A DNA stretch of 57,885 nucleotides from Candidatus Micrarchaeota archaeon (lineage in GTDB: Archaea > Micrarchaeota > Micrarchaeia > Norongarragalinales > UBA8480), in the NCBI GenBank assembly GCA_021812145.1, contig JAKAOM010000004.1:1-57885 (forward strand). The letters are read 5' to 3'. Shown in pieces: positions 36,679-46,271 of this stretch. The translations under genes were made by a program, and so were the position numbers. How positions within the stretch are numbered: position 1 is the first letter of the stretch; every line of letters starts with the position of its first letter. The notes under the pieces were generated by a model. The model worked only from the letters and a program-made list of their open reading frames with translations. It did no database searches and was not told the origin of the DNA.

Positions 36679-37889
36679 TTTGAAAACCTTCTTTTGTTTT
36701 CTTTCAGCGCTTCCACTCCTGGAAGTTTCTCTCCGCTTAGAAAGTCTAGAAGCGCTCCTCCCGCAAGACTTATGTGTGATATTTTGCTTTTATCTATTTT
36801 AAACATATCCATAGCTTCTATTATATGCCCCCCTCCCGTAAGCGTGAATGCTTTAGCCTTTTCAAAGCTTTTCAGCACGATTTCAGTTCCTTTTCTGAAT
36901 TCCTCATCCTCTATTTTACCCATAGGCCCTTTTAGATATACTGTTTTTCCAAGTTGTATTATTTCAGCGTATTTTTGGGCGGTTTCAGTTCCAATGTCTT
37001 CAATTGGGTTTCCCTGCATTTCGCTGTTTTTCTTTATTTCCCCCCTTTTGCCGTTTATTTTAACCGCGTAGTCTATTGGCCCGGCTATTTTTTCAGGGAA
37101 TTCCTGCTGCAGGCTTTTAAGGGTTTGAAGAGGCTTATCCCATTTTTTAATTTCCTCCTCTTCTTTTTCAGATAAATTCCAGCCTTTTGATTTTGCGTAG
37201 AGAACCGCCATTGTGCCACCCAATAGAATTGCCCCTACAAGGTCTTTTTCAAGAGCGTATTTCATAAGCTTGACGTCATCCTCTGGTTTCGCTCCTCCTA
37301 AAACATATACTACTGGGTTTGTGCCCCCATGTATTTTCGAGTTGCCTTCAATTTCTTTTTGCATTTGAATTCCCGCGCACGAAGGCATTTTTTGAGTGAA
37401 ACCGGTTATTGAGCAGTTGTTTCTATGGCTTACTGAGTAAGCGTCGTTTACAAAGAAATCCGCTAGAGGTGATAGTGTTTTTATCATTAGGCTGTTTGCG
37501 TGTTCTTCAGGAGTCAAGTCGAGAGTTTCCTCTGCAAGAAACCTTATATTCTGCAGAAGTATTGTTTCTCCGCTTTTCATTATTTTTATTCTTTCCCTGG
37601 CGTATTTTCCAATGGTGTCGTCTATGAATTCTACGTTAAAGCCGCATATTTTTGAGAGTTTTTCTGCGTGCTCTTCCATTGTGATGAAATCTTCATCTCC
37701 TGGCCTTCCCTGATGAGCTATTATTATTGTTTTGCAGTCCTTTGATTTTAGATATTTTATTGTTTCAACACTGGCTTCTATTCTCTCTGTTGATTCTATT
37801 CTCCCATTTTCCAGCGGGCTGTTTATGTCAAGCCTTAAAATTGCAGTTTTTCCCTGCAATGGAAGGTCTTCAAGAGTGTAGTATTCCAT
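36675..37889 (-). CDS. pgk: Phosphoglycerate kinase (archaeal type)
   Basis: RLDINSP, AHQGRPG, NIRF..EE, VNDAY...HR, GGAK, GPMG, GGGH and HISLAGGA motifs. Confidence 0.96.
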   Translation of the reverse strand: MEYYTLEDLPLQGKTAILRLDINSPLENGRIESTERIEASVETIKYLKSKDCKTIIIAHQGRPGDEDFITMEEHAEKLSKICGFNVEFIDDTIGKYARERIKIMKSGETILLQNIRFLAEETLDLTPEEHANSLMIKTLSPLADFFVNDAYSVSHRNNCSITGFTQKMPSCAGIQMQKEIEGNSKIHGGTNPVVYVLGGAKPEDDVKLMKYALEKDLVGAILLGGTMAVLYAKSKGWNLSEKEEEEIKKWDKPLQTLKSLQQEFPEKIAGPIDYAVKINGKRGEIKKNSEMQGNPIEDIGTETAQKYAEIIQLGKTVYLKGPMGKIEDEEFRKGTEIVLKSFEKAKAFTLTGGGHIIEAMDMFKIDKSKISHISLAGGALLDFLSGEKLPGVEALKENKRRFSK

Positions 37890-37899
37890 TTTCTAGTTT

Positions 37900-38901
37900 T
37901 TATTTATAAATATAGTTAGATAGTTCAACAAGTTTTGTCGAATAACCATACTCGTTGTCATACCATGAGAATATCTTAGCCAAATCTCCTATAGTGTTGG
38001 TTAGTTTTCCATCTATTATTGCTGTGTGGGTTTCCCCTTTAATGTCTGAAGAAACTAGTTCTTCCTCAGAGTATCTCATAACCCCCTTCATTCTGGTTTC
38101 GCTTGCCTTTTTCAGCGCTTCGTTGATTTGCTCTTTTGTCACTGTTTTTTCAAGCTGCAGTGTCAAATCGCTTATCGACCCTACCGGCACTGGAACTCTA
38201 AGTGATATTCCGTCCATTTTTCCTTTCAATTCCGGAATTACCTCATAGATTGCCTTGGCGGCTCCGGTTGAGGTTGGAATGGTGTTTATTGCAGCTGCCC
38301 TTGCCCTTCTCAAGTCTTTGTGGGGCAAATCCAGAATTCTTTGGTCATTTGTATATGCGTGTGCTGTTGTCAAGAATCCCTTAATTATTTTGAATTCGTC
38401 GATCACTACTTTAAGCGGGGGGGCTATAGAGTTTGTGGTGCAGGATGCCATTGATACTATCTGCATTGAAGGATTGTATTTTTCCTGATTTACTCCCATT
38501 ACTATTGTAGCGTCGGGGTTTTTTGCCGGTGCGCTTATGATTACTTTTTTAGCTCCTGCTGTAATATGCTTTAGCGCTTCGTTTCTTTCAGTGAACAGCC
38601 CGCTGCTTTCTATCACCAATTCCACTCCATAATCCTTCCATGGAAGTTGAAGGGGGTCTTTGACAGCAAGGATTTTTATTTCGCTTCCGTTGAACGCTAG
38701 CGTTGTTTCAGAACTTGTGACATTGTCTTGAAGCGTTCCGAAGCTTGAATCGTATTTTAAAAGATGCGCTAAAGTTTTTGCGTCTGTCAAGTCGTTTATC
38801 GCCACTATTTCAAACTTGCTCTTAAACTCCTGATTTTGCATGGCCGCTCTGAAGAACAGTCTTCCAATCCTGCCGAACCCATTTATTGCAACTTTAATCA
38901 T
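37900..38901 (-). CDS. gap: Type I (bacterial-type) glyceraldehyde-3-phosphate dehydrogenase
   Basis: MIKVAINGFGRIGR, ASCTTN, HAYTNDQ, RARAAA..PTSTGAA, RVP and WYDNE motifs; ATG 38901 preferred over 38967. Confidence 0.96.
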   Translation of the reverse strand: MIKVAINGFGRIGRLFFRAAMQNQEFKSKFEIVAINDLTDAKTLAHLLKYDSSFGTLQDNVTSSETTLAFNGSEIKILAVKDPLQLPWKDYGVELVIESSGLFTERNEALKHITAGAKKVIISAPAKNPDATIVMGVNQEKYNPSMQIVSMASCTTNSIAPPLKVVIDEFKIIKGFLTTAHAYTNDQRILDLPHKDLRRARAAAINTIPTSTGAAKAIYEVIPELKGKMDGISLRVPVPVGSISDLTLQLEKTVTKEQINEALKKASETRMKGVMRYSEEELVSSDIKGETHTAIIDGKLTNTIGDLAKIFSWYDNEYGYSTKLVELSNYIYK

Positions 38902-39041
38902 TCTAGCATCACTGTTTTTTGTTTGGCTCTCCTGTTTTTTAAGCTTTTTCTTTTCAGCTATTTTCACTCGTTACTAATTGTTTAAAAGGCTTATTAGGTC
39001 AATAAATGCTTTTTTAAATGTTAATTTGCCTTTCTATAATC

Positions 39042-39704
39042 ATGTTTGGCGCAAAAAGAGGAAGTCAAGGTTCGTTTTTTAAAGGAAGAGCGGAATTGCG
39101 AAAGGAGTTAGGAGACCTCCCGATTAGAAGAGAGGATTACGGTAAGATTGAAAAATGGAATTTAAATGAAAGTCAGCTTTCTGATTTCAAGCTTTTTGCT
39201 TTGAAAGTTCACAAACACCTTTTGCATAACCCGACATTGGCTACTTTGGATGATCTGAAGAAATCCTATCCTTTAAACCCTCTCTTGCAAATTCCCAAAT
39301 TTTTAACTGTTGAGAGGTACAATGAATCGTTTGATCTTTTCAAGGCTTTTCACGAAAAGAAGGAAGAATATCTTTCAGATGTCGCATACTTTGACAATAA
39401 GTTTGATCTAATTCAAGGCCATTTTAACTCTTTGTTTAATAATTCAAATTTTGCAGGCGAGCTTCAAAAAAAGTATCCTCATGCTTTTGATTATTTCTTC
39501 ATCAATCAAAAAGGTATTTTCAAGAGCGGAAGGCTTGGTTTTAAGAAACCTATTATTCTTGGAGGTAAGATAGGCGAGTTGTCGTTCTACAGTAATATTA
39601 AGGGGTTGGAGTGGAGTAAAATTGAAAAGTTGAAGGGAGCGCGGTTGAATGAAGAAAATATTAAGAAAACAATGGCAAAAATGGAAAGAATTCTCGTTGC
39701 TTAG
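39042..39704 (+). CDS. Hypothetical protein (about 220 aa)
   Basis: ORF divergent from gap, with TTTTAAA about 28 nt before ATG 39042; no motif recognised. Confidence 0.7.
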   Translation: MFGAKRGSQGSFFKGRAELRKELGDLPIRREDYGKIEKWNLNESQLSDFKLFALKVHKHLLHNPTLATLDDLKKSYPLNPLLQIPKFLTVERYNESFDLFKAFHEKKEEYLSDVAYFDNKFDLIQGHFNSLFNNSNFAGELQKKYPHAFDYFFINQKGIFKSGRLGFKKPIILGGKIGELSFYSNIKGLEWSKIEKLKGARLNEENIKKTMAKMERILVA

Positions 39705-40228
39705 CCTGTTAGATATATTTTCCCGATTGTTTTATGTTCAAACCCCTCTGAAGTTAAAACGCTTTTTTTGAGGAGAATTTCATCGACTTTGAAGCCTCCG
39801 AATTCTTTCTTGTTTTCTTCAATCAATTTTTCAAGGTTGCATTTCTCCCTTATTCTCCCAAGAGTCAGGTGTGGTTGGAATTCTCTATCCTCTGTTTCTA
39901 TTCCAGCTTCTTCGGCCATTTTTTTAATCTCCACATTTAGATTCTTGATTTCGCTACTTTCAACCCCCGCCCAGAAAACTTGGGGTTTTTTTTCTGATGG
40001 GAAAGCGCCTGTGTTTTTTATTTTTACTTCAAAACTTTTGAAATTTAACTTTTCAGTTTTTTTAATCAACCTCTCTATTTTTTCTTCACTAACCTCCCCA
40101 AGGAACAGAAGCGTAATATGCAATTGTCCTTCTTTAGCAAGGGTTGACTTGCATTTTACCTTTTTTTGGATTTGGATTAGCTTTTGTTTTATTTCTTCAG
40201 GGATCTCTATTGAAAAAAAACAGCGCAT
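39701..40228 (-). CDS. thpR: RNA 2',3'-cyclic phosphodiesterase (2H family)
   Basis: MR.F..I, HITL.FLG, GAFP....V.WAG and PHLTLGR motifs. Confidence 0.95.
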   Translation of the reverse strand: MRCFFSIEIPEEIKQKLIQIQKKVKCKSTLAKEGQLHITLLFLGEVSEEKIERLIKKTEKLNFKSFEVKIKNTGAFPSEKKPQVFWAGVESSEIKNLNVEIKKMAEEAGIETEDREFQPHLTLGRIREKCNLEKLIEENKKEFGGFKVDEILLKKSVLTSEGFEHKTIGKIYLTG

Positions 40229-40289
40229 TTAAAATCTATTTTTAGAATTTAGCGAAAGAGTTATTTATTTTTTCGCTTTAACTTTTTTC

Positions 40290-41948
40290 ATGCGCTTGGT
40301 TTGGAGAATTGGAGGCAAAGCAGGAGAGGGAATCAACAATGCTGGTTTGATTTTTGCCAAAACCTTCATGCGTGCCGGTTTTCATGTTTTCATGAATACT
40401 GAGCTTCCATCACTTATAAGAGGAGGTCACAATATTGCAACAGTTAGAGTGGACGATAAAAAAATAGCCTGCCCTGTCAATGGCGTCGACATTCTGGTAG
40501 CCCTGGATCAGACTACTGCTGATTCGTACAGGGAAGAGTCAAAAAATATTGTTTTCGGCGAGGGGGTTAAAGCAGAGGGTTTTTTTGTTCCACTGCAGGG
40601 AGTGGTTGACGAAGTAGGCGGGGATAGTGTTATGCGGAATTCAGTTGCTTTGGGTTTCAGCATAGGTCTTGCCGGGCTAGACTTCAAATTTTTGAAAAAC
40701 GTTTTAGAGGATGATTTTAAAAGCAAGGGAGAAACGGTTCTAGGTGCGAATTTGAAGTGCGCTGAAAAGGGTTTTGAAATCGCTTCCAAGCTTAAATTTC
40801 ACATGGTTCTTGAACCTTTGAAAAGTGAAGGCAAGGAAAGTAAGAGGATTTTGATTTCAGGCAATCACGCTATTGCCTTCGGATCTTTGAAGGGAGGATG
40901 CAGGTTTTTTTCAGCCTATCCTATGACTCCCGCCTCTCCAATGATGGAGTACCTTGCCCCTTTGGAAAGAGACTTAGGTATTGTAATGAAACAAGTTGAG
41001 GATGAGATTGCTGCAGTAAACATGGCTATAGGCGCTTCTTACGCAGGGGCTAGGAGCATGGCGTTTACAAGTGGAGGGGGTTTTAGCTTGATGGTGGAGG
41101 GTTTGGGTTTAAGCGGTATGACCGAAACGCCTGTTGTCATAGCTGAAGTTCAACGGCCAGGTCCAAGCACAGGACTTCCAACTAGGACCGGACAGGAAGA
41201 TTTTAAGTTTGTTTTAAGCGCTTCTCAGGGTGAGTTTCCAAGAATTGTGGTTGCGCCAGGCGATTGTGAGGAGCTTTTTGAAGAGTCTACGCGTTTATTT
41301 AATCTTGTTGAGAAGTACCAAGTTCCTGGAATTTTGCTGAGTGACAAGTTTCTGAGCGAGAGTTTCGTTGACTGCGCTCCTCTTGAAACTCAAATAAAGA
41401 ACGAGCGTTTCTTGATTGATAAAACTGCTGGAGTTTACAAAAGATACTCCCTTACCGAGACTGGTGTTTCGCCAAGGGCGGTTCCTGGAAGCGATTTAAT
41501 TTTCAGGTCTACGAGCGACGAGCATGACGAGGAGGGTTATTTTGACGAGGATGCTGAGAATAGAGTTAAAATGACTGAGAAGAGATGGGGAAAGGTTAAG
41601 TTTATCAAAAAAGATCTGAAGAAGCCTGAACTCGTTGATAATGGAGGTGATTTGACGCTTGTTGGCACTGGATCTACTAAAAACGTGATAAGGGAAGCGG
41701 TTGAAGTTTTGAAGGGAAAAGTTAAGGTCAATCATCTTCACGTTCTTTACCTATCCCCGTTTCAGGAAGAGGTTGTTAAGATTTTAGAGTCTGCAGGAAC
41801 TGTTGTTTGCGTTGAAAATAATTACACCGGCCAGCTTGCGAGTATTTTAAGGGAGAATGGTTTTGAAGTAGACTACCACCTTTTGAAGTTTGATGGCAGG
41901 CCATTTACCGTTGACGAGGTTGTGGAGAGGGTTTTGAATTTGAGGTAA
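40290..41948 (+). CDS. 2-oxoacid:ferredoxin oxidoreductase alpha subunit (fused gamma-alpha)
   Basis: GG.AGEG, IRGGH, YPMTP, EDEIAA, TSGGGFSLM.E, QRPGPSTGLPT and ENNY.GQL motifs. Confidence 0.95.
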   Translation: MRLVWRIGGKAGEGINNAGLIFAKTFMRAGFHVFMNTELPSLIRGGHNIATVRVDDKKIACPVNGVDILVALDQTTADSYREESKNIVFGEGVKAEGFFVPLQGVVDEVGGDSVMRNSVALGFSIGLAGLDFKFLKNVLEDDFKSKGETVLGANLKCAEKGFEIASKLKFHMVLEPLKSEGKESKRILISGNHAIAFGSLKGGCRFFSAYPMTPASPMMEYLAPLERDLGIVMKQVEDEIAAVNMAIGASYAGARSMAFTSGGGFSLMVEGLGLSGMTETPVVIAEVQRPGPSTGLPTRTGQEDFKFVLSASQGEFPRIVVAPGDCEELFEESTRLFNLVEKYQVPGILLSDKFLSESFVDCAPLETQIKNERFLIDKTAGVYKRYSLTETGVSPRAVPGSDLIFRSTSDEHDEEGYFDEDAENRVKMTEKRWGKVKFIKKDLKKPELVDNGGDLTLVGTGSTKNVIREAVEVLKGKVKVNHLHVLYLSPFQEEVVKILESAGTVVCVENNYTGQLASILRENGFEVDYHLLKFDGRPFTVDEVVERVLNLR

Positions 41949-41964
41949 TTTGAAGTGGTTTTAA

Positions 41965-42804
41965 ATGAAAGTTGAAGATTTGAACACCAAAACAACGCCG
42001 CACTGGTGTCCTGGCTGCGGGGATTATGGCATTTTAAATGCTTTGAAGTCGGCGTTGGTTGAGTTGAATATTGAACGTAAAAATACGGTGTTGGTTTCAG
42101 GTATAGGGTGTGCAAGCAAGATTCCCCAGTGGATTAACATCTTCGGTTTTCACACTCTTCACGGAAGGTTTTTGCCAGTAGCAACTGGAGTTAAACTTGC
42201 TAATAAGGATTTGACTGTGATTGCGGCCGGAGGAGACGGGGATTCTCTAGGTATTGGCTTGGGTCATTTTGTGCATTCTTGCAGGAGGAATATTGATATT
42301 ACAACTATAATTTTCGACAATGCTATTTACGGTTTGACAACCGGCCAAACATCTCCAACAAGCCAGAAGGGTTTTGTTTCCAAATCAACTCCTTTCGGCA
42401 GCATTGAAAACCCGGTTAATCCAGTCTCTCTTGCAATCGCTTCAGGCGCCACTTTTGTCGCAAGAGGCTTCGCAGGGGATGTTAAGGGATTATCCTCGCT
42501 AATTGTTGAAGGGATTAAGCACAAGGGTTTCAGCGTTATAGACGTTCTCCAGCCTTGCGTTACTTTTAATCATGTCAACACCTACGATTTTTACTCAAAG
42601 AGAGTTTACAAAGTTGATGCGACTTCTGATAAAATCAAAGCCTTTGAACGCAGTTTAGAGTTCGGTGAGAGGATTCCAACAGGTGTTTTTTTCAAGGAAG
42701 ACCGGGAAACCCTGATTGATCAAATGCCGCAATTGAAGGGAGAAGCGTTGAGCAGAAGAGTTTTGGATGTTGATTTAAAAAAGGTTTTTGAAAAATTCGT
42801 TTAA
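41965..42804 (+). CDS. 2-oxoacid:ferredoxin oxidoreductase beta subunit
   Basis: WCPGCGD, SGIGC, LHGR, GGDGD, YGLT.GQ.SPT and QPCVTFN motifs. Confidence 0.95.
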   Translation: MKVEDLNTKTTPHWCPGCGDYGILNALKSALVELNIERKNTVLVSGIGCASKIPQWINIFGFHTLHGRFLPVATGVKLANKDLTVIAAGGDGDSLGIGLGHFVHSCRRNIDITTIIFDNAIYGLTTGQTSPTSQKGFVSKSTPFGSIENPVNPVSLAIASGATFVARGFAGDVKGLSSLIVEGIKHKGFSVIDVLQPCVTFNHVNTYDFYSKRVYKVDATSDKIKAFERSLEFGERIPTGVFFKEDRETLIDQMPQLKGEALSRRVLDVDLKKVFEKFV

Positions 42805-42882
42805 AACCCTTTAGACCATTTTATTTTTGAATTTTAAAAATTAAGGTTGTTTTTTTATTTTTTTCCATTTTAAACCTAATTA

Positions 42883-43392
42883 ATGAAAAATAGGTTTTTT
42901 GAACTTGCGGTTTCTTTTACCTTTGGCTTTCTTTTCATTTCAATCCCCCTTTACCTTTTCCTAAACCTAACTATTCTTCCAGAGTGGCTTGCGGCCTTCC
43001 TTTCGCAGGCTGTTTTGGGTTTTCTAGGCAACGGCTTTATTTTGTTTTGGAGCGGTGGGTTTCCCGCTTTGACAAACGGCCTGTACTCTGTTCAGATTGT
43101 CAGCCTATGCAGCGGGGTTCTGGAAATTTCCGTCTTGGCGGGAATAATCCTGGCGAGCATGGACGTTTCTTTTAGAAAAAGATTGGAAGGCATTGCCTTT
43201 GGCGTTGTTTTCATAGAGTTTATAAACGTTTCAAGGATTGTTCTGAGCGTTTTGGCTTTGGGTTCTGGCAGTTTTGTTTTTTTCCACGATTTTCTTTTCA
43301 GGCTCACGTTGATTATAGGAATCGTGATGTTTTACTTCTTCTGGTACGTTCTCGTTGAAAAACAGGGATTTGGCGTTAGAGCAAAGTTTTAA
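42883..43392 (+). CDS. Archaeosortase/exosortase family membrane protein
   Basis: Multi-TM protein with the family Cys/Arg/His pattern: VQIVSLCSG, FINVSRIV, FFHD. Confidence 0.8.
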   Translation: MKNRFFELAVSFTFGFLFISIPLYLFLNLTILPEWLAAFLSQAVLGFLGNGFILFWSGGFPALTNGLYSVQIVSLCSGVLEISVLAGIILASMDVSFRKRLEGIAFGVVFIEFINVSRIVLSVLALGSGSFVFFHDFLFRLTLIIGIVMFYFFWYVLVEKQGFGVRAKF

Positions 43393-43418
43393 AAGTTTGA
43401 ATTTTTCTATGTTTAAAC

Positions 43419-44876
43419 ATGGCTGGAGAAGTGGAAAAGAAAAGCAGCACCATATTTAAAACTGTTGTCAAAGCTCAGGAGCCTTTCGTTCCTCCTTCTG
43501 AAAAGAATAAGTTCATGCAATATCACAGCGGGGTTTCTTCCGGGGATCTTGAAAGGCTGGGAATAGAATTCGGAGTTAGGGATTCAAGGGGTTTGGAGCA
43601 CGCCGAGAGGGCGAAGCATGTTTTCGGAATAAACGGGGAAGAATTCAAGAAGGTTTACGATAACTTAAGAAATAGCGGTTTCGGGCCTTCTGACAAAAAC
43701 ACGATAGGGGACAAAACCATTTTTGTTATAACAAGCGGGCTGCATAAGAAGTTTGAAAACACCGCGTTCGGGCTGCTTTTGTCTTCAAGGAAGGACACGA
43801 AAAAAGCTTCAGACAGCGACATAAACAGGAGCATTGCCATCGAGTCAGAGCTTAAAAGGGACAGTCCGTTGAAAAACTCTGGTTTAAACGCTTACAAGAC
43901 TGAAAATAAGGATGAGGTTATAAGCGCTTTAAATGATTATGATAATATCAAAAACCTTCCAGGAGCTATTGACACGTTGGTTTACAGCATCAAAACAAGC
44001 ATTCCTCCCAAGGTTTTGCATGAAAGCATAAGAGATCTGGAGGGCGTCGAGCAAAAGAAAAAGTTTCTGGAAACTGTTGAAAAGCTCATGTCCAGGCTGG
44101 AGACGAAAAAGGGGGCTGAAGCAACCAGAAGGATCACGCTGAATAAAATCAAGGCTTTCAACAAGGTTAAAAACGACCCTTTTTCACGCGAGGTTTTTGA
44201 GTTGAGCATGAGCACAGGGCTTAATTTCAACGATCTGCTAAAGGAGGTTAGAAGGGTTGGGGACGAGGAGGAACTTAGAAAGGGAATTGTCAGGAATTTT
44301 GAAACCTTCAACAGAAGGGTGTCGGATGTTTTCGGAGGCGATTTCGCAGAGCGGTTGAGCGCCAAATCTACTTTTGAGATTGGGTCCGAGTTGAGCAAAA
44401 AGGGATTAAGCCTGGATAGAATGCTGAAAGACGAGGCGGTAAAAAAGCTTTTTCTAGCAACGAGGTTTAACAGGCCGTTTGTCGAAGAGTTGAAGGTGAA
44501 ACCGCTTGGCTTTATTCCAGCCGATAATTTCGCGAGGCTTTACACTCTAAGCAGGAGTTACGGCTTGGACTTCAAAAAGCTTGTGCAGAATTACGGGGGC
44601 GAAAACGTAAAAAGAAATCTGAGCATAATTCTTAACGAGGCCAGAGGCGCAAAGCCTTTAGGCCTAACCTACAGCAACCTCATGGACAGGTTTAGAAAGC
44701 TCGGAATTCAAACCAACGAGGACAAGGAGGTCGGCTTGATCGCCTACAACAAGGGGATACCTCCAGAGCGTTTTGCGAGAATAAAGAGGGATGCTGAGAG
44801 CGCAGGCCTGCATCCTTTTGTTCTTGTCGACCTTTTGCCTAGGGGCGGGGTAAAGCAGAAGCAAAGCCCGGCATAG
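43419..44876 (+). CDS. Hypothetical cytoplasmic protein with degenerate helical repeats (485 aa)
   Basis: Charged, no TM or signal peptide; repeated [LA]xxxG[LI]xxxx[LF] motif. Confidence 0.75.
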   Translation: MAGEVEKKSSTIFKTVVKAQEPFVPPSEKNKFMQYHSGVSSGDLERLGIEFGVRDSRGLEHAERAKHVFGINGEEFKKVYDNLRNSGFGPSDKNTIGDKTIFVITSGLHKKFENTAFGLLLSSRKDTKKASDSDINRSIAIESELKRDSPLKNSGLNAYKTENKDEVISALNDYDNIKNLPGAIDTLVYSIKTSIPPKVLHESIRDLEGVEQKKKFLETVEKLMSRLETKKGAEATRRITLNKIKAFNKVKNDPFSREVFELSMSTGLNFNDLLKEVRRVGDEEELRKGIVRNFETFNRRVSDVFGGDFAERLSAKSTFEIGSELSKKGLSLDRMLKDEAVKKLFLATRFNRPFVEELKVKPLGFIPADNFARLYTLSRSYGLDFKKLVQNYGGENVKRNLSIILNEARGAKPLGLTYSNLMDRFRKLGIQTNEDKEVGLIAYNKGIPPERFARIKRDAESAGLHPFVLVDLLPRGGVKQKQSPA

Positions 44877-44910
44877 GTTTTTAATTGTTTGAATCAAATT
44901 ATCTTGAACG

Positions 44911-46197
44911 ATGAAAACAGCGAAAAAGGGTTTTATATCCACTCCTCTGCTTGGAACCATAATCTTTTTGATAGCGCTTGTTTTTGTCGTGAATTTGAGT
45001 TTGAGCGAAAGGAACGCGGTTTCGCAGGCTACTACTAATGCTTATGACAATAGGCTAGTTAGCCTTATCGACTCCTATAATCTTGACGCCGCAAGCCAGA
45101 TGACTCAGAGTGTTAAGTCAAGCGTGGAAGGGTTTTTGGGAGGGGGTTGCTGGACTGCTTTCAACATTCCTTACGCTACAAATAGCAATTCCAACCTATC
45201 CTCTGATCGTTTTCAGTTCTGCAATAATGCGCTTACTCTGATTAAAGACGTTGCTTGCACTCAAACAACAACCGGTGTCAACGGTGTCAACAATTACTAT
45301 ACTAAGGGGGTTACGGTACCTCCAGTTTTAAGCACCACGTTTGGCTTGCAAAATGAGCTTTCTTATTTAACCTCTCCCCAGAGTTTTGAGAGCTTCAATC
45401 TTTACGCCACCAACGCGGCTAACTTAACTAATCTTATTGGTAGTGGCCTTTATATTAGTTTTTGCAACGCTCTTCTTGGAGAACCTTTGTTTGACTGCAA
45501 TGCTTTTGCTGCTGGAAAGTTTCAATGCTGTTTGAACGCCCCTTCTAATAACAGCGTTTACACAGGCCAGCCTGAATGCAACCAAAGTGATTCGAATTAT
45601 GTTCCGGGGTGCGAGGATGGAACTTTTTATTTCATGCTTAATCTTACAGATAGTAACGTTTATCCTTACCTCCCTAGGGTTGGCGCTAACGATTCAAGCG
45701 GAAATTTTTTGAACTCCAATGTTTTGGCGTATTCTAACCCCTATATTTATATAAACTATCCTTTGTTCAAGTATTTCAACGCCACTTACACTGTAGTTCA
45801 GACAGTAGTGTCTTCACTAAATTCACCCTCATATAACTGCAAGTACGCGCCTGGGGGCGGGTTTTCCAGTATTCCCTCTGTTAGTTGTTCTTCATCCCCC
45901 CCTAGTAGTATTGGAAGTTTAATAAATTCTTCTCTGTCTGAGTATGGTTTGAATTACCTAAATTTTACCTCAACTTCTTCTTTTCTATGCCCTTCTGCTG
46001 GTACTTCCTGCCCATCTAACCTGTCTGCCTTTTTTACTTCTAGTTCGTCCTCGCCATGGTATTTTACTGCACCTTATTCATCAATGTCACTTCAAACTAA
46101 TGATTGGAGTCCGTTGTATCTGGTTAATCCTCAAAGTTCAAACCAATTCTGCATGGATATTAAATGGGATAACGCTTTCTCTTATGTTACCGGTTGA
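44911..46197 (+). CDS. Class III signal peptide (pilin-like), Cys-rich secreted protein
   Basis: MKTAKKG|FISTPLLGTIIFLIALVFVV; 14 Cys; Ser/Asn/Thr-rich; many N-x-S/T sequons. Confidence 0.75.
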   Translation: MKTAKKGFISTPLLGTIIFLIALVFVVNLSLSERNAVSQATTNAYDNRLVSLIDSYNLDAASQMTQSVKSSVEGFLGGGCWTAFNIPYATNSNSNLSSDRFQFCNNALTLIKDVACTQTTTGVNGVNNYYTKGVTVPPVLSTTFGLQNELSYLTSPQSFESFNLYATNAANLTNLIGSGLYISFCNALLGEPLFDCNAFAAGKFQCCLNAPSNNSVYTGQPECNQSDSNYVPGCEDGTFYFMLNLTDSNVYPYLPRVGANDSSGNFLNSNVLAYSNPYIYINYPLFKYFNATYTVVQTVVSSLNSPSYNCKYAPGGGFSSIPSVSCSSSPPSSIGSLINSSLSEYGLNYLNFTSTSSFLCPSAGTSCPSNLSAFFTSSSSSPWYFTAPYSSMSLQTNDWSPLYLVNPQSSNQFCMDIKWDNAFSYVTG

Positions 46198-46271
46198 TGT
46201 TTTTTTTATTAAAACCGGTTTTTGAAGGCATGAAAAACATTTTTAAATAATGAGCATTCAATTTTACTTTA

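Noticed and set aside
15020..38967. Long N-terminal extensions in the ORF track for EamA (15020), fibrillarin (17482), eL15 (21690) and GAPDH (38967)
   Set aside because: The extensions cross AT-rich promoter regions or neighbouring genes. Downstream starts match the family N-termini, most with an SD-like site.
45273..45290. Tandem GGTGTCAAC x2 (GVNGVN) in the pilin-like gene
   Set aside because: Two 9-bp copies are too few to indicate a contingency locus.
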